DNA from: a virus
Lineage: Duplodnaviria; Caudoviricetes
IMG/VR virus record: IMGVR_UViG_3300008735_000658
Location: 1 to 29,882 of that record
DNA length: 29,882 nucleotides
Reading direction: 5' to 3' (one strand)
Shown: in pieces, positions 17,710 to 27,498 of the stretch
Layout of the letters: every line of letters begins with the position of its first letter
Position numbering within the stretch: position 1 is the stretch's first letter
Made by a program: the position numbers and the translations under genes
The notes under the pieces: model-generated
What the model saw: the letters and a program-made list of their open reading frames with translations, nothing else
Database searches by the model: none
What the model was told of the DNA's origin: nothing

Positions 17710-19283
17710 TGAGTAGACCTAACATAAAAGAAATAATAAAGGCTGAGTATATAAAATGTGCTAAAGACCCAATATATTTCCTAAAAAAATATGCGGTTAT
17801 TCAACACCCAATTGAAGGAAAAATTCCATTTACTTTATATGACTTTCAGGAAAAAACATTGGAAGATTTTAATGATCACAATTACAACATTATATTAAAA
17901 GCCCGTCAATTAGGAATATCTACTCTTGTGGCAGGTTATTCATTATGGTTGATGACTTTTCAGAGTGATAAGAATATATTGGTAATCGCTACTAAACAGG
18001 ATACAGCTAAAAACCTTGTAACAAAAATACGAGTGATGCACGCAAATCTTCCAAATTGGGTAAAATCCAGTTGTACGGAGGATAATAAATTATCATTAAA
18101 ATATTCTAATGGTTCACAAGTAAAAGCCATTTCAAGTGGTGAAGATAGTGGTAGGTCAGAAGCATTATCATTATTGATATTAGATGAAGCTGCATTTATT
18201 CCAAAAATTGATACAATATGGACTGCCGCACAAAGTACACTATCTACTGGTGGACAATGTATAGCATTATCTACACCGAATGGTGTTGGTAATTGGTTTC
18301 ACAAAACTTGGACTGACGCAGAAACTGGGAAGAGTGATTGGAATTTTATTAAACTTCACTGGTCATTACATCCGGATAGAGAACAGGATTGGAGAGATGA
18401 ACAAGATAAACTACTTGGACCTTCAATGGCCGCACAAGAATGTGATTGTGACTTCATCACTTCAGGTCAAACTGTAATTGATGGTGTTATATTAGAAGAA
18501 TATAAGAATAAACACGTAGAAGATCCTATGGAAAAAAGAGGATTTGATAGTAATTTGTGGGTATGGAGACCGCCCGATTATAACAGAGATTATGTAGTAA
18601 GTGCTGACGTTGCTCGTGGTGATGGATCTGATTTTTCAGCATTTCATGTAATAGATGTAGAAAATTTAGAACAAGTAGCAGAATATAAAGGAAAAATATC
18701 TACAAAAGATTTTGGTAATTTATGTATGAATACAGCAGTAGAATACAATAATGCATTACTCGTTATTGAAAATGCATCAATTGGTTGGGCAGCAATACAA
18801 CAAGTAATAGACAGAAATTATGATAATTTATTTTATACGAGTAAAGATTTACATTATGTAGATGTTCAACGTCAAGTAATAAATAAATATAGAAATGAAG
18901 AAAGGAAAATGGTTCCTGGTTTCAGTATGACAATGAAAACAAGACCATTAGTGATTGCTAAATTAGAAGAGTATTTTAGAGAAAAGACTGTAATAGTTCA
19001 TTCTTCCAGATTGATTGAGGAATTATTTGTATTTATTTATCATAACATGAAAGCACAAGCAATGGAAGGATATAATGATGACCTTCCAATTAGTCTTGCG
19101 ATAGGTATGTGGGTAAGAGATACAGCATTACGACTAAAATCAGAGGGAATAGCATTACAGAAAGATGTATTAAATAGAGTGTTAGATTATGACGCAGTTT
19201 ACCAACCAACAGAAAATCAAAATGATTATTGGGAAATGGAAACTGGTAGAGAAAAAGAGGATTTGACATGGTTGATTCGATAG
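17709..19283 (+). CDS. terL: terminase large subunit (T4 gp17-like)
   Basis: LYDFQ, KARQLGIST (Walker A-like), LLILDEAAF (Walker B), STPNG, and nuclease motifs SADVARG and NDDL. The ATG at 17709 is TAATG-coupled and preferred to 17628. Confidence 0.95.
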   Translation: MSRPNIKEIIKAEYIKCAKDPIYFLKKYAVIQHPIEGKIPFTLYDFQEKTLEDFNDHNYNIILKARQLGISTLVAGYSLWLMTFQSDKNILVIATKQDTAKNLVTKIRVMHANLPNWVKSSCTEDNKLSLKYSNGSQVKAISSGEDSGRSEALSLLILDEAAFIPKIDTIWTAAQSTLSTGGQCIALSTPNGVGNWFHKTWTDAETGKSDWNFIKLHWSLHPDREQDWRDEQDKLLGPSMAAQECDCDFITSGQTVIDGVILEEYKNKHVEDPMEKRGFDSNLWVWRPPDYNRDYVVSADVARGDGSDFSAFHVIDVENLEQVAEYKGKISTKDFGNLCMNTAVEYNNALLVIENASIGWAAIQQVIDRNYDNLFYTSKDLHYVDVQRQVINKYRNEERKMVPGFSMTMKTRPLVIAKLEEYFREKTVIVHSSRLIEELFVFIYHNMKAQAMEGYNDDLPISLAIGMWVRDTALRLKSEGIALQKDVLNRVLDYDAVYQPTENQNDYWEMETGREKEDLTWLIR

Positions 19284-19939
19284 TATATTCGAGAATATGT
19301 GAGTTCTGTAAAATTGAAAGATTTTATAAAACAAAACAGGGATTAAAATACGGCGTGAATCATAATAAAAAATGTAGAAGCTGTGCCAGTTCTGGTAAAA
19401 ATAATGGAAATTATGGTGGATATGGATATACTGATGAAGTTAGAAAAAAGATGGGTGAATTAAAAAAAGGAACTAAACAGTCAGAAAAAACAAAACTTAA
19501 AATAAGTGAAACTATGAAAGAGTATAGAAAAAATACAATAAATTCTTTTACACTTGAAAGTAGTAGAAAAAAAATTAGTGAATATCGTATCGGTAAAAAA
19601 GCGTCTGCTGAAACTAAAGGGAAAATGAGATTGGCACACCTTAAACGGATTGAGGAAATCAACGGATATGTATATCCAAACTACAATCCAGAAGCATGTA
19701 AAATAATAGATGAATACGGTAAAAAACATGGATACAACTTCCAACATGCAGAGAACGGTGGTGAATATCACATTAAAGAATTGGGATATTTTGTAGATGG
19801 TTATGATAAAGAAAAAAACGTGGTTATAGAATATTATGAAAAGCATCATGATAAGCAGATAGAAAATGATAAAATACGAAAACAAGAAATTATTGATTTA
19901 CTTGGATGTAAATTTATAGAAATTAATTATAATAAATAA
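19268..19939 (+). mobile_element. free-standing homing endonuclease-like gene (Cys motif + NUMOD3-like repeats + PD-(D/E)xK/Vsr-like nuclease)
   Basis: CEFC..CRSC, NUMOD3-like GTKQSEKTKLKISE and GKKASAETKGKMR, and VDGYDKEKNVVIEYYEKHH. Inserted between terL and portal. Confidence 0.75.
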
Positions 19940-19948
19940 GAGGTTAAA

Positions 19949-22900
19949 ATGGCAGATACAACATTAAGAAGTAGACTCAAAAGACTTTTCAGCACCAACG
20001 TGATCGTTAGACACGCAGGTGGTAAAAAGTTAAAAATAGCAGATACAAATAGAGTTCAACAAGCTACACGAAATAGTCTTGTGGATAGATGGTCCAGAAT
20101 ACACACTAATTTAACAACTGGTGGATACGGACACGCACAGGCAATTAGTTTTCAAGCTCAACGACTTGCACTATTTAGAGATTATGAGGAAATGGACGCT
20201 GATGCTATCATTTCAAGTGCTCTTGACATTTATGCAGATGAATGTTTAAGTTCAGATACTATAATTCCATTATTAGATGGCCGTAAATTAACAATTAAAG
20301 AATTATTTGATGAAAATGATCGAAACTTTTGGTTATACGGATTAGATGATACTGGGAATTTTATACCATCTAAAGCGGATAAGGTGGTATACAAAGGCAA
20401 ATCTGAAGTGTATGAAATTACATTAGAAGATGGTACTATCTTAAAATCGACAGGAAACCATAGATGGGTAAATGGGAGCGGTGAATTAGTGTATACAGAT
20501 ACTTTAAGTGTTGGTGATGGTATATATGCATTAAATACTAAACTTAGTGATAAAAAATTAAACGGGTATTTAATGATAAAAAATAATGGAAAATTTGATT
20601 TTGTTCATAGAATCGTTGCAAATTCAATAGATATTTTGAAAAATATGAGAAAATCTAAATCTACGAAAGCAGTTATACATCATTCGGCATTTGATAAGTT
20701 AAATAATTCACCTGATCATTTAGAGTGGTTAGAACCTGATGATCATTGGAAAGTCCATGCAAAGTTTAATAAAGAGCTATGGTCAGACAAAAATATGGTG
20801 CATGAATATAAAGAAAAAACAACAATGGGGCATAAAAAATACTGGACTGATGAAAATAGAAGAAAAAAATCAATAGAACAGCATGAATTTATGAATAATT
20901 TTTTGAAAAATACTACATTTGAAGATAGACAAAAATTATATGCAAATTTTGGTAGAGATAATGGAATGTATAATAACGGAAATAAACTTGAGGGTTCTAA
21001 AAATGGTAGATGGTTAACTGATATTGATAGATTAACTGATATTGATTTAGTGGAAGTAGTAGAGTTTTTAATGGAAAATTATACGGGAGGTAGAGATACA
21101 AATGTATTTAATATAATACAAAAGAAATATAATTTTAATGTTGAAGAGTTACAAAAAGTAAAAAATAAAATATGTGAATTATATAATATAGATAATATAA
21201 AATCATTACCACGAAAATATAATGCAATGATAAATACTCACTTGTTAGATGAGATGAGATTAGTTATTGATGATTTTGAAAAAAATCCCAAACGAAATTA
21301 TGATAAATTATGTAATAAAATAAACACAAGTAAACGTGTTTTTAATAACATTTTATATGAAAGTGGATACAAACATTTTTCAGATTTTGTAGGCAGTTCT
21401 AATCATAGAATTGTTTCTATTAAAAAACTTGAGGCTGTGGAAGATGTTTATGATATAGTAAACGCTGGTGAAAATCATATATATGCATTAGAATCCAATG
21501 ATGGGTCCAAAATATATACTCATAACAGCACTATGAAAAGTGAGTACGGTCAAGTTTTAGAAATTAGATCAGAAAATGAAAATATAAATGATATATTGCA
21601 CAACCTATACTATGACGTTTTGAATATAGAATTCAATTTGTGGCCGTGGGTTCGTAATATGTGTAAATATGGTGATTTTTATTTATATTTAGATATTAAA
21701 GATAAATATGGTATTACAAATGTAGTCCCACTTTCAGCATATGACGTAACTCGTATTGAAGGTGAAGATCCAGAAAATCCATATATGGTACAGTTTGTAG
21801 TAGAAGAGGGTGATACTCGACATACTGGTAGAATGAGCGGACAAAAGGAATTAGAAAACTATGAAATAGCTCATTTCAGACTATTGAGTGATTCTAATTT
21901 CCTACCATACGGAAAGGGTATGATTGAAGGCGGTCGCAAAATCTGGAAACAACTTTCATTAATGGAAGACGCCATGTTAATTCATCGTATTATGAGAGCA
22001 CCAGAAAAACGAGTATTCAAATTTGATATTGGAAACATTCCACCAGCTGAAGTTGATAATTTTATGCAGAAGGTTACAAACAAAATGAAGAAGGCTCCAG
22101 TTATGGATCCAAAAACAGGAGATTACAACCTTCGGTATAACATACAAAATCTTACAGAGGATTTTTTCATTCCTGTTCGTGGTGGGGATAGTGGAACAGA
22201 AATTGATACTTTGAGTGGTCTTACATACGAAGCTGTGGATGATATAGAGTATCTACGAAACAAGTTAATGGCATCATTAAAGATACCAAAGGCGTTCCTT
22301 GGATACGAAGAAAATGTAGGATGTGTAGTTCCTGAAACTGAAATTCCATTGTTAAATGGTGAAGTAAAAACTGTTAAAGATATTATTGAAGATTATGAAA
22401 ATGGAATTAAACATTATACATATGCGATAGACCCAGAAACTAATATGATTGTTCCTGGTGAAATAGAATGGGCTGGATATACTAAAAAAGATGCTGAATT
22501 AGTTAGGGTTAATTTAGATAATGATAAATATATTGATTGTACACCAGACCATAGATTTTTAACGAGAGATGGTGATTGGGTTGAAGCTCAAGATTTAGAA
22601 GAAAATCAATCTTTAATGCCGTTGTATTTAGATGAAACTACACAAAAGAATAAACATGGATACGTAACTGTTTATCATCCTGGAACCGGTGTATATCAAG
22701 AAGTTCATAGATTAGTAGCAGAACATTATAATATGGTAACAGCTGGTAGTGGAAAGGTCGTTCATCATGCTGATTTTAATAAAGTTAATAATAATCCCGA
22801 AAATTTTGATTGTTCTATGAATTACATGGAACATCGACAATATCATAGTCGGTTAATTAATAAGACTATGAATTCTCCAGAAAATATCAGAAAACGTGTT

Positions 22901-24262
22901 CAGAAACAACGTACTGATAATCACTTTGTGACTGCTGGAAGAAAGGGTGGTTTGAAATCTACTGATCGATTAGTCGCCTGGAATAAAAAACATGGTGTTT
23001 GGAATAAAGATAAAAATATTGATGTCGAATGCAAACATTGCGGAACAATGTTTAATGTTCAATCATATAGAAAAAATACAGCATCATATTGTTCTTTCCG
23101 GTGTAGAGATGTAGCATATTCTATAAATAAAACTGGTAATACTTATAATACCAAGTATATTATTGATTATGATTACTTAGTTACTATTGCTAAAGAATGC
23201 TCTTCTTTTAAAGAATTAGAAACAAAATTAGATTTGACAAGAAGTACGTTAAATCGAGCCTTCTATTATCATAACATAGACAAGGTTCAGTTTCTATTCA
23301 AGTACATGCCACATGCATTAAAAAACAAAAACTTTATGCAGAATTATAGACAACATGAAAAACAATATTTGAATCATACAGTCAGTTCAGTAGAGTTTTT
23401 AAGTGAAGTAAAAGATACTTGTGATTTAACAATTACAAAATATCATAATTTCGCAACAAATGCTGGGGTGATAATTCACAACTCAAAAGCGACTCTTGCG
23501 GCAGAAGATGTTAGATTTGCAAGAACAATAGAAAGACTACAACGAATCATTACAAGTGAATTAACTAAAATTGGTATAGTCCACTTATATGCACAAGGTT
23601 ATACAGACCAAGAGTTAGTCAATTTTGATTTGGCATTAAAAAATCCATCTACAATATATGAAGAGGAAAAGATAGAGTTATGGAATAACAAACAAAGTCT
23701 TGCTTCAAGTATGATGGACTCTAAAATAGCAGACACAGAGTGGATTTATGATAATATATTTAAGTTTACCGAAGATGAAAAGAAGGATGTTAGACTTGGA
23801 TTGATTAAAGACCAAAAACGTAAGTTTAGATGGGAACAGATAGAACAAGAAGGAAACGACCCAGTTCAAAGTAATGAAGCAGTAGGAACACAAGGAGCAA
23901 TGATAGCAGGCGGTGGTGGTGAACAAGAAGGTGGTGGAAGTCCATTTGGTAGAACCGGTAAAGAATTAGATATGGAAATGCCAGATGACGGATGGCCAGG
24001 AAGTGGTCGTCCAAAAGAGGGACCTAAACACGGTAAAGATTCAAGTGTTAGAGGTCGAGATCCATTAGGTGCTCACGATAAGAGAAAAGGTGGCAGTGGA
24101 AGTCCAAAATATGGTCTTGCACTAGCACATTATGATGCATTAAAGAAGAGTTTAGGTAAAGTCGGTAAGGAAGATAGAAAGATTCTATTTGAAGCTGGTG
24201 ATGTAGAACAAGAATATAAGAATGAAGTATCTTCTTCATTAAATAATGGATCAAATGATTGA
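19949..24262 (+). CDS. gp20: portal protein (T4 gp20-like) interrupted by two inteins
   Basis: DYEEMD..ISSALDIYADE, KYGDFYL, MEDAMLIHRIMRAPEKRVF, EDFFIPVRGG..GTEIDTLSG, LKIPK, EDVRFARTIERLQ. The spliced product is about 622 aa. Confidence 0.95.
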   Translation: MADTTLRSRLKRLFSTNVIVRHAGGKKLKIADTNRVQQATRNSLVDRWSRIHTNLTTGGYGHAQAISFQAQRLALFRDYEEMDADAIISSALDIYADECLSSDTIIPLLDGRKLTIKELFDENDRNFWLYGLDDTGNFIPSKADKVVYKGKSEVYEITLEDGTILKSTGNHRWVNGSGELVYTDTLSVGDGIYALNTKLSDKKLNGYLMIKNNGKFDFVHRIVANSIDILKNMRKSKSTKAVIHHSAFDKLNNSPDHLEWLEPDDHWKVHAKFNKELWSDKNMVHEYKEKTTMGHKKYWTDENRRKKSIEQHEFMNNFLKNTTFEDRQKLYANFGRDNGMYNNGNKLEGSKNGRWLTDIDRLTDIDLVEVVEFLMENYTGGRDTNVFNIIQKKYNFNVEELQKVKNKICELYNIDNIKSLPRKYNAMINTHLLDEMRLVIDDFEKNPKRNYDKLCNKINTSKRVFNNILYESGYKHFSDFVGSSNHRIVSIKKLEAVEDVYDIVNAGENHIYALESNDGSKIYTHNSTMKSEYGQVLEIRSENENINDILHNLYYDVLNIEFNLWPWVRNMCKYGDFYLYLDIKDKYGITNVVPLSAYDVTRIEGEDPENPYMVQFVVEEGDTRHTGRMSGQKELENYEIAHFRLLSDSNFLPYGKGMIEGGRKIWKQLSLMEDAMLIHRIMRAPEKRVFKFDIGNIPPAEVDNFMQKVTNKMKKAPVMDPKTGDYNLRYNIQNLTEDFFIPVRGGDSGTEIDTLSGLTYEAVDDIEYLRNKLMASLKIPKAFLGYEENVGCVVPETEIPLLNGEVKTVKDIIEDYENGIKHYTYAIDPETNMIVPGEIEWAGYTKKDAELVRVNLDNDKYIDCTPDHRFLTRDGDWVEAQDLEENQSLMPLYLDETTQKNKHGYVTVYHPGTGVYQEVHRLVAEHYNMVTAGSGKVVHHADFNKVNNNPENFDCSMNYMEHRQYHSRLINKTMNSPENIRKRVQKQRTDNHFVTAGRKGGLKSTDRLVAWNKKHGVWNKDKNIDVECKHCGTMFNVQSYRKNTASYCSFRCRDVAYSINKTGNTYNTKYIIDYDYLVTIAKECSSFKELETKLDLTRSTLNRAFYYHNIDKVQFLFKYMPHALKNKNFMQNYRQHEKQYLNHTVSSVEFLSEVKDTCDLTITKYHNFATNAGVIIHNSKATLAAEDVRFARTIERLQRIITSELTKIGIVHLYAQGYTDQELVNFDLALKNPSTIYEEEKIELWNNKQSLASSMMDSKIADTEWIYDNIFKFTEDEKKDVRLGLIKDQKRKFRWEQIEQEGNDPVQSNEAVGTQGAMIAGGGGEQEGGGSPFGRTGKELDMEMPDDGWPGSGRPKEGPKHGKDSSVRGRDPLGAHDKRKGGSGSPKYGLALAHYDALKKSLGKVGKEDRKILFEAGDVEQEYKNEVSSSLNNGSND
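20243..21526 (+). mobile_element. intein 1 (428 aa) with an HNH endonuclease
   Basis: YADE/CLSSDT N-terminus, block B TGNHRW, FVHRIVA..IHH..KLNNSPDHL, VYDI, and IYTHN/S C-terminus. Confidence 0.93.
22322..23482 (+). mobile_element. intein 2 (387 aa) with an HNH endonuclease and a Cys4 motif
   Basis: ENVG/CVVPET N-terminus, block B CTPDHRF, EVHRLVA..VHH.DFNKVNNNPENF, CKHC..CSFRC, HNF, and IIHN/S C-terminus. Confidence 0.93.
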
Positions 24263-24277
24263 TTATTAGAAGTTTTT

Positions 24278-24286
24278 ATATTTATA
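24278..24286 (+). promoter_or_regulatory. putative phage late-promoter element ATATTTATA
   Basis: Third intergenic copy, about 33 nt upstream of the ATG at 24320, with AGGAG between. Confidence 0.45.
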
Positions 24287-24319
24287 GATGAAGAAATATA
24301 CTATTTTAGGAGTTAAATT

Positions 24320-25186
24320 ATGAGTCAAAGAGTAAAACACTCGAAGATCAAGAATACTGGAATACTTTTCGAGTTATTATCCCGTCAAATTACAGTAGAC
24401 GTGATGAATAATAGTGGTAAGAGTAAATCCGTTGATATTTTGAAGAAATTTTTTAATGAGAATACTGAACTTGGGAAAGAAAACCAATTATATCAAGTAT
24501 TATTAAAAGAAAATTACAATTCAACACGAAAAGCAGAAAAACTGTTAGAAGCTGTATTAAGATCAAGAGAAAAACTACAGAATAAAAAATTACGAAGTGA
24601 AAAGTATAATTTAATTAAGGAAATTAAGAAAAATTACAAAGTTGAAGATTTTTTTAATGCTAGAATCCCTAATTATAAGGTATATGCCTCAATATACAAA
24701 ACATTTCTTGCAGAAACCACTCCGGTATTTGATCCAGCAGATGAAGTGAATAGTTCATTCACTATTGTAGAGCACGTCACAAGAAATAAAAGAAAAACAA
24801 GAAATACAGATAGCAAAACTCTTACTGAATTTAAGGGTGAAGATAAAGATTTACGATTGCTTTCATATCAATTAATGGTAGACAATTTTAACTCTAAATA
24901 TAAAACTTTAAATTCAATGCAAAGAAATTTGTTAAAAGAGTATGTAAATAACATTTCCAATACTAATTCATTAAGAGAATTTATCAATGGTGAAGTTAAA
25001 AAAGTAAAAGAGATTTTAACTAAAACTTTACCAAAAATAGATGATAAGATCACGAAAATTAAATTAACAGAAGCAATAAATCAAGCTGATACGCTAACAA
25101 AAGGAAAAATTGTAAGAGATAAACAGGTTGTATCATTAATGAGATATTATGAACTTATTGGAGAATTGAGAAATGTCACGAAATAA
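24320..25186 (+). CDS. helical hypothetical protein downstream of portal (head-assembly region)
   Basis: 288-aa ORF with SD AGGAG; begins HSKIKNTGILFELLSRQIT. Confidence 0.8.
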   Translation: MSQRVKHSKIKNTGILFELLSRQITVDVMNNSGKSKSVDILKKFFNENTELGKENQLYQVLLKENYNSTRKAEKLLEAVLRSREKLQNKKLRSEKYNLIKEIKKNYKVEDFFNARIPNYKVYASIYKTFLAETTPVFDPADEVNSSFTIVEHVTRNKRKTRNTDSKTLTEFKGEDKDLRLLSYQLMVDNFNSKYKTLNSMQRNLLKEYVNNISNTNSLREFINGEVKKVKEILTKTLPKIDDKITKIKLTEAINQADTLTKGKIVRDKQVVSLMRYYELIGELRNVTK

Positions 25187-25748
25187 TTTAATTAGAAAAA
25201 TAGTTAGAGAACTTATTAAACAAGAATTGGGTGAAGCAAACTCAACTGGAAGTGTAGGTGGTAGTTATAACACTCCACATGCTTTCAAGGGAAGTAATAA
25301 GAAAGGTAAGAAGAAGGGTAAGGCTGGTTATACGAGAGGTCATGACGAACCAACTCGTGGAACTGGCTTATTTGTTGCAAAGGATACAAAGTTGAGAAAA
25401 GAATCCATAAATGAATCTAAAACTCCAGGATTTACTAATAGACAATTTGGAGAACCATTGCCAACTTTTTCCGATATTATGAAAAATCATAAATCAAAGG
25501 TACGGGAAGGTAAATATCATGATTATAGAAATGATGAATCATTAACTCCAAGACAAAAAATTGGTCAGTCAATGAAAGAAGTCCGTGATAAATTAAATGA
25601 GTTAGATAAACTGGTTAAGATGAACGTCAAGCTTAAGAATGAATTATCCGTGGATTCCAGAAGCTACTGGAAAAACACTCATAAAGCCATGGGCAAGATT
25701 AGTGAAAAATTGGTGAAATTATCAAATCGTATTGGGAAGATGTATTAA
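25173..25748 (+). CDS. basic hypothetical protein, possible prohead core/internal protein
   Basis: LIRKIVRELIKQELGE/A N-terminus, internal KESINES, and a C-terminal coiled coil. Located between portal and protease. Confidence 0.7.
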   Translation: MSRNNLIRKIVRELIKQELGEANSTGSVGGSYNTPHAFKGSNKKGKKKGKAGYTRGHDEPTRGTGLFVAKDTKLRKESINESKTPGFTNRQFGEPLPTFSDIMKNHKSKVREGKYHDYRNDESLTPRQKIGQSMKEVRDKLNELDKLVKMNVKLKNELSVDSRSYWKNTHKAMGKISEKLVKLSNRIGKMY

Positions 25749-25756
25749 GGTCTAAA

Positions 25757-25945
25757 ATGCCCTTTACAGAAAACAAACAGTCCTATTTGGACTCTTTGTT
25801 TAGTATTTCTACTTTACTAAAAAGATGGCACACTGAAATACAAAACAAAGATATAAGTAAGAATTATATGATTGATTCATTAAGTAAGTGGATCAAAAAA
25901 CTTGAAGAACTACGACATACAATAATGATGGGAAAATCAGAATGA
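25757..25945 (+). CDS. small hypothetical protein
   Basis: 62-aa ORF filling the gap; AAGG upstream and an ATGA overlap downstream. Confidence 0.6.
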   Translation: MPFTENKQSYLDSLFSISTLLKRWHTEIQNKDISKNYMIDSLSKWIKKLEELRHTIMMGKSE

Positions 25946-26322
25946 AAATAACTAAAACACAATTAAGAAGAATAATCAAAGAAGAAATTCAGTTACTAAC
26001 TGAACGTAGTCTTTCCGGTGAAATGGAAGAATTAAAACTCTATATTGACAATGATTCTCAATTATATAATGGTACATATATTCCTATACTAAAGAATTTA
26101 TCTAAAAAGAAACAAAACGGTAAATATAATAAATCATTAGCATCAAAAGGATTCATATATCTTGTTAATGATGGTGCAAATAAATACGTAAAAGACTTTG
26201 GTGGAAATGCAAGAGATATATTTCCCAAACGACAAAGAATTATGTTGGCAAAAGATTATGTAGATGAATTTGAACAACAATATAAAAATCAAGAATATGA
26301 TTTTATGAAAGTGGAGAAATAA
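25942..26322 (+). CDS. hypothetical protein with an MKITKTQLRRIIKEEIQLLTE leader
   Basis: 126-aa ORF with an ATGA overlap. Confidence 0.72.
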   Translation: MKITKTQLRRIIKEEIQLLTERSLSGEMEELKLYIDNDSQLYNGTYIPILKNLSKKKQNGKYNKSLASKGFIYLVNDGANKYVKDFGGNARDIFPKRQRIMLAKDYVDEFEQQYKNQEYDFMKVEK

Positions 26323-26323
26323 T

Positions 26324-26884
26324 GTGTTAAAAATGAAAACTATATTTAAAGAAGATTGGTGGAGTGAAAAGAGTGTAAAAGATCAAGCTCAATATATCAA
26401 AGATCATCCCGCTAGTGATAAAGCTAAATCAGTTAAAAAATCTCAAGAAAAACAAGCCGATACCAGAAAAAAATTAAGCAAAAAAGATTATGAAGTAGAT
26501 GCTGCTACAGGCAAAGCAGTTAAGAAGAAAGAAAAGAAAAAAGAAGACCCAAAGAAAAAAGATAAACACATACAAGCGATTAAGAAGGGAATGTTCCCCG
26601 GCTCTAAAGAATATAAGAAATTTATGGAAGAAGGTATTGGTGAATCCATGAACGAAACAAAATATAGAGGATATGAAATAAAACGTCAGAATAGAAAGGA
26701 TGGACTTCCACTTATTATACCAGCGTTACAAAAATCTGCGTCAAATATGAAAGATGCGAAGAAACAGATTGATAAATTTGGAAACAAAAAATTTATGGCT
26801 AAAAATGAATCCATAAAGAAATCAAAAAAACCAAGTTACAAATTTGCAGAATTACATGATAGACTTATCAACAGGAGAATATAA
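26324..26884 (+). CDS. Lys-rich hypothetical protein with a leader variant MLKMKTIFKE and an EDWWS motif
   Basis: The N-terminal ~40 aa align with ORF 7819. Internal ESMNE. GTG start after GGAG (alternative ATG at 26333). Confidence 0.72.
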   Translation: MLKMKTIFKEDWWSEKSVKDQAQYIKDHPASDKAKSVKKSQEKQADTRKKLSKKDYEVDAATGKAVKKKEKKKEDPKKKDKHIQAIKKGMFPGSKEYKKFMEEGIGESMNETKYRGYEIKRQNRKDGLPLIIPALQKSASNMKDAKKQIDKFGNKKFMAKNESIKKSKKPSYKFAELHDRLINRRI

Positions 26885-27496
26885 ATGGCTAAGCAGCTAA
26901 TTGTAGATTATTTACCATTTTCGGTAAGTAGAGAACAAATAAACGAATCACTAAAAACTAACCAGGGCAGATTAATCGTACACGGAGTATTACAGAGAGC
27001 AGACGCTAAAAACCAGAATGGACGTGTATATCCTGGTAAAATCCTCGCACGAGAAGCAAAGAAATATTCCGAAGGGTTTATTAATCAAAAACGGGCAATG
27101 GGTGAATTAGACCATCCAGAATCATCCGTGGTAAATTTACAAAATGTATCTCATAATGTCACAGAAATGCATTGGGAAGGAGCTAACCTTGTTGGAACAG
27201 TAGAAGTATTGGGGACTCCAAGTGGAAACATTCTAACAGAATTATTTAAGGCGGGAATCAAATTAGGTATATCATCAAGAGGTATGGGTTCAGTGGAACC
27301 ACTTAAAGAAGGTGAAGGACAACAAGTGGGTGATGATTTTGAGTTAATTGCATTTGATTTTGTTAGTAATCCAAGTACACACGGTGCATTTCTATATCCA
27401 CTTAAAGAGGGTGTAGATAAAGTAGAAGATGGTAGAACTTGTGGTAAATACTGTAAAGTAGAATTTATAATTAACGATATTATTAGAGGAGAATAG
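26885..27496 (+). CDS. gp21: prohead core protease (T4 gp21-like)
   Basis: NQNGRVYP, GELDHP, VSH, TPSGNIL, GISSRGMGS, FDFVSNPSTHGA. SD AGGAG. Confidence 0.95.
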   Translation: MAKQLIVDYLPFSVSREQINESLKTNQGRLIVHGVLQRADAKNQNGRVYPGKILAREAKKYSEGFINQKRAMGELDHPESSVVNLQNVSHNVTEMHWEGANLVGTVEVLGTPSGNILTELFKAGIKLGISSRGMGSVEPLKEGEGQQVGDDFELIAFDFVSNPSTHGAFLYPLKEGVDKVEDGRTCGKYCKVEFIINDIIRGE

Positions 27497-27498
27497 TA

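Noticed and set aside
21014-21046. Tandem duplication TTAACTGATATTGAT (LTDID-R-LTDID) within intein 1
   Set aside because: Only two short copies in a variable linker. Most likely slippage with no functional implication.
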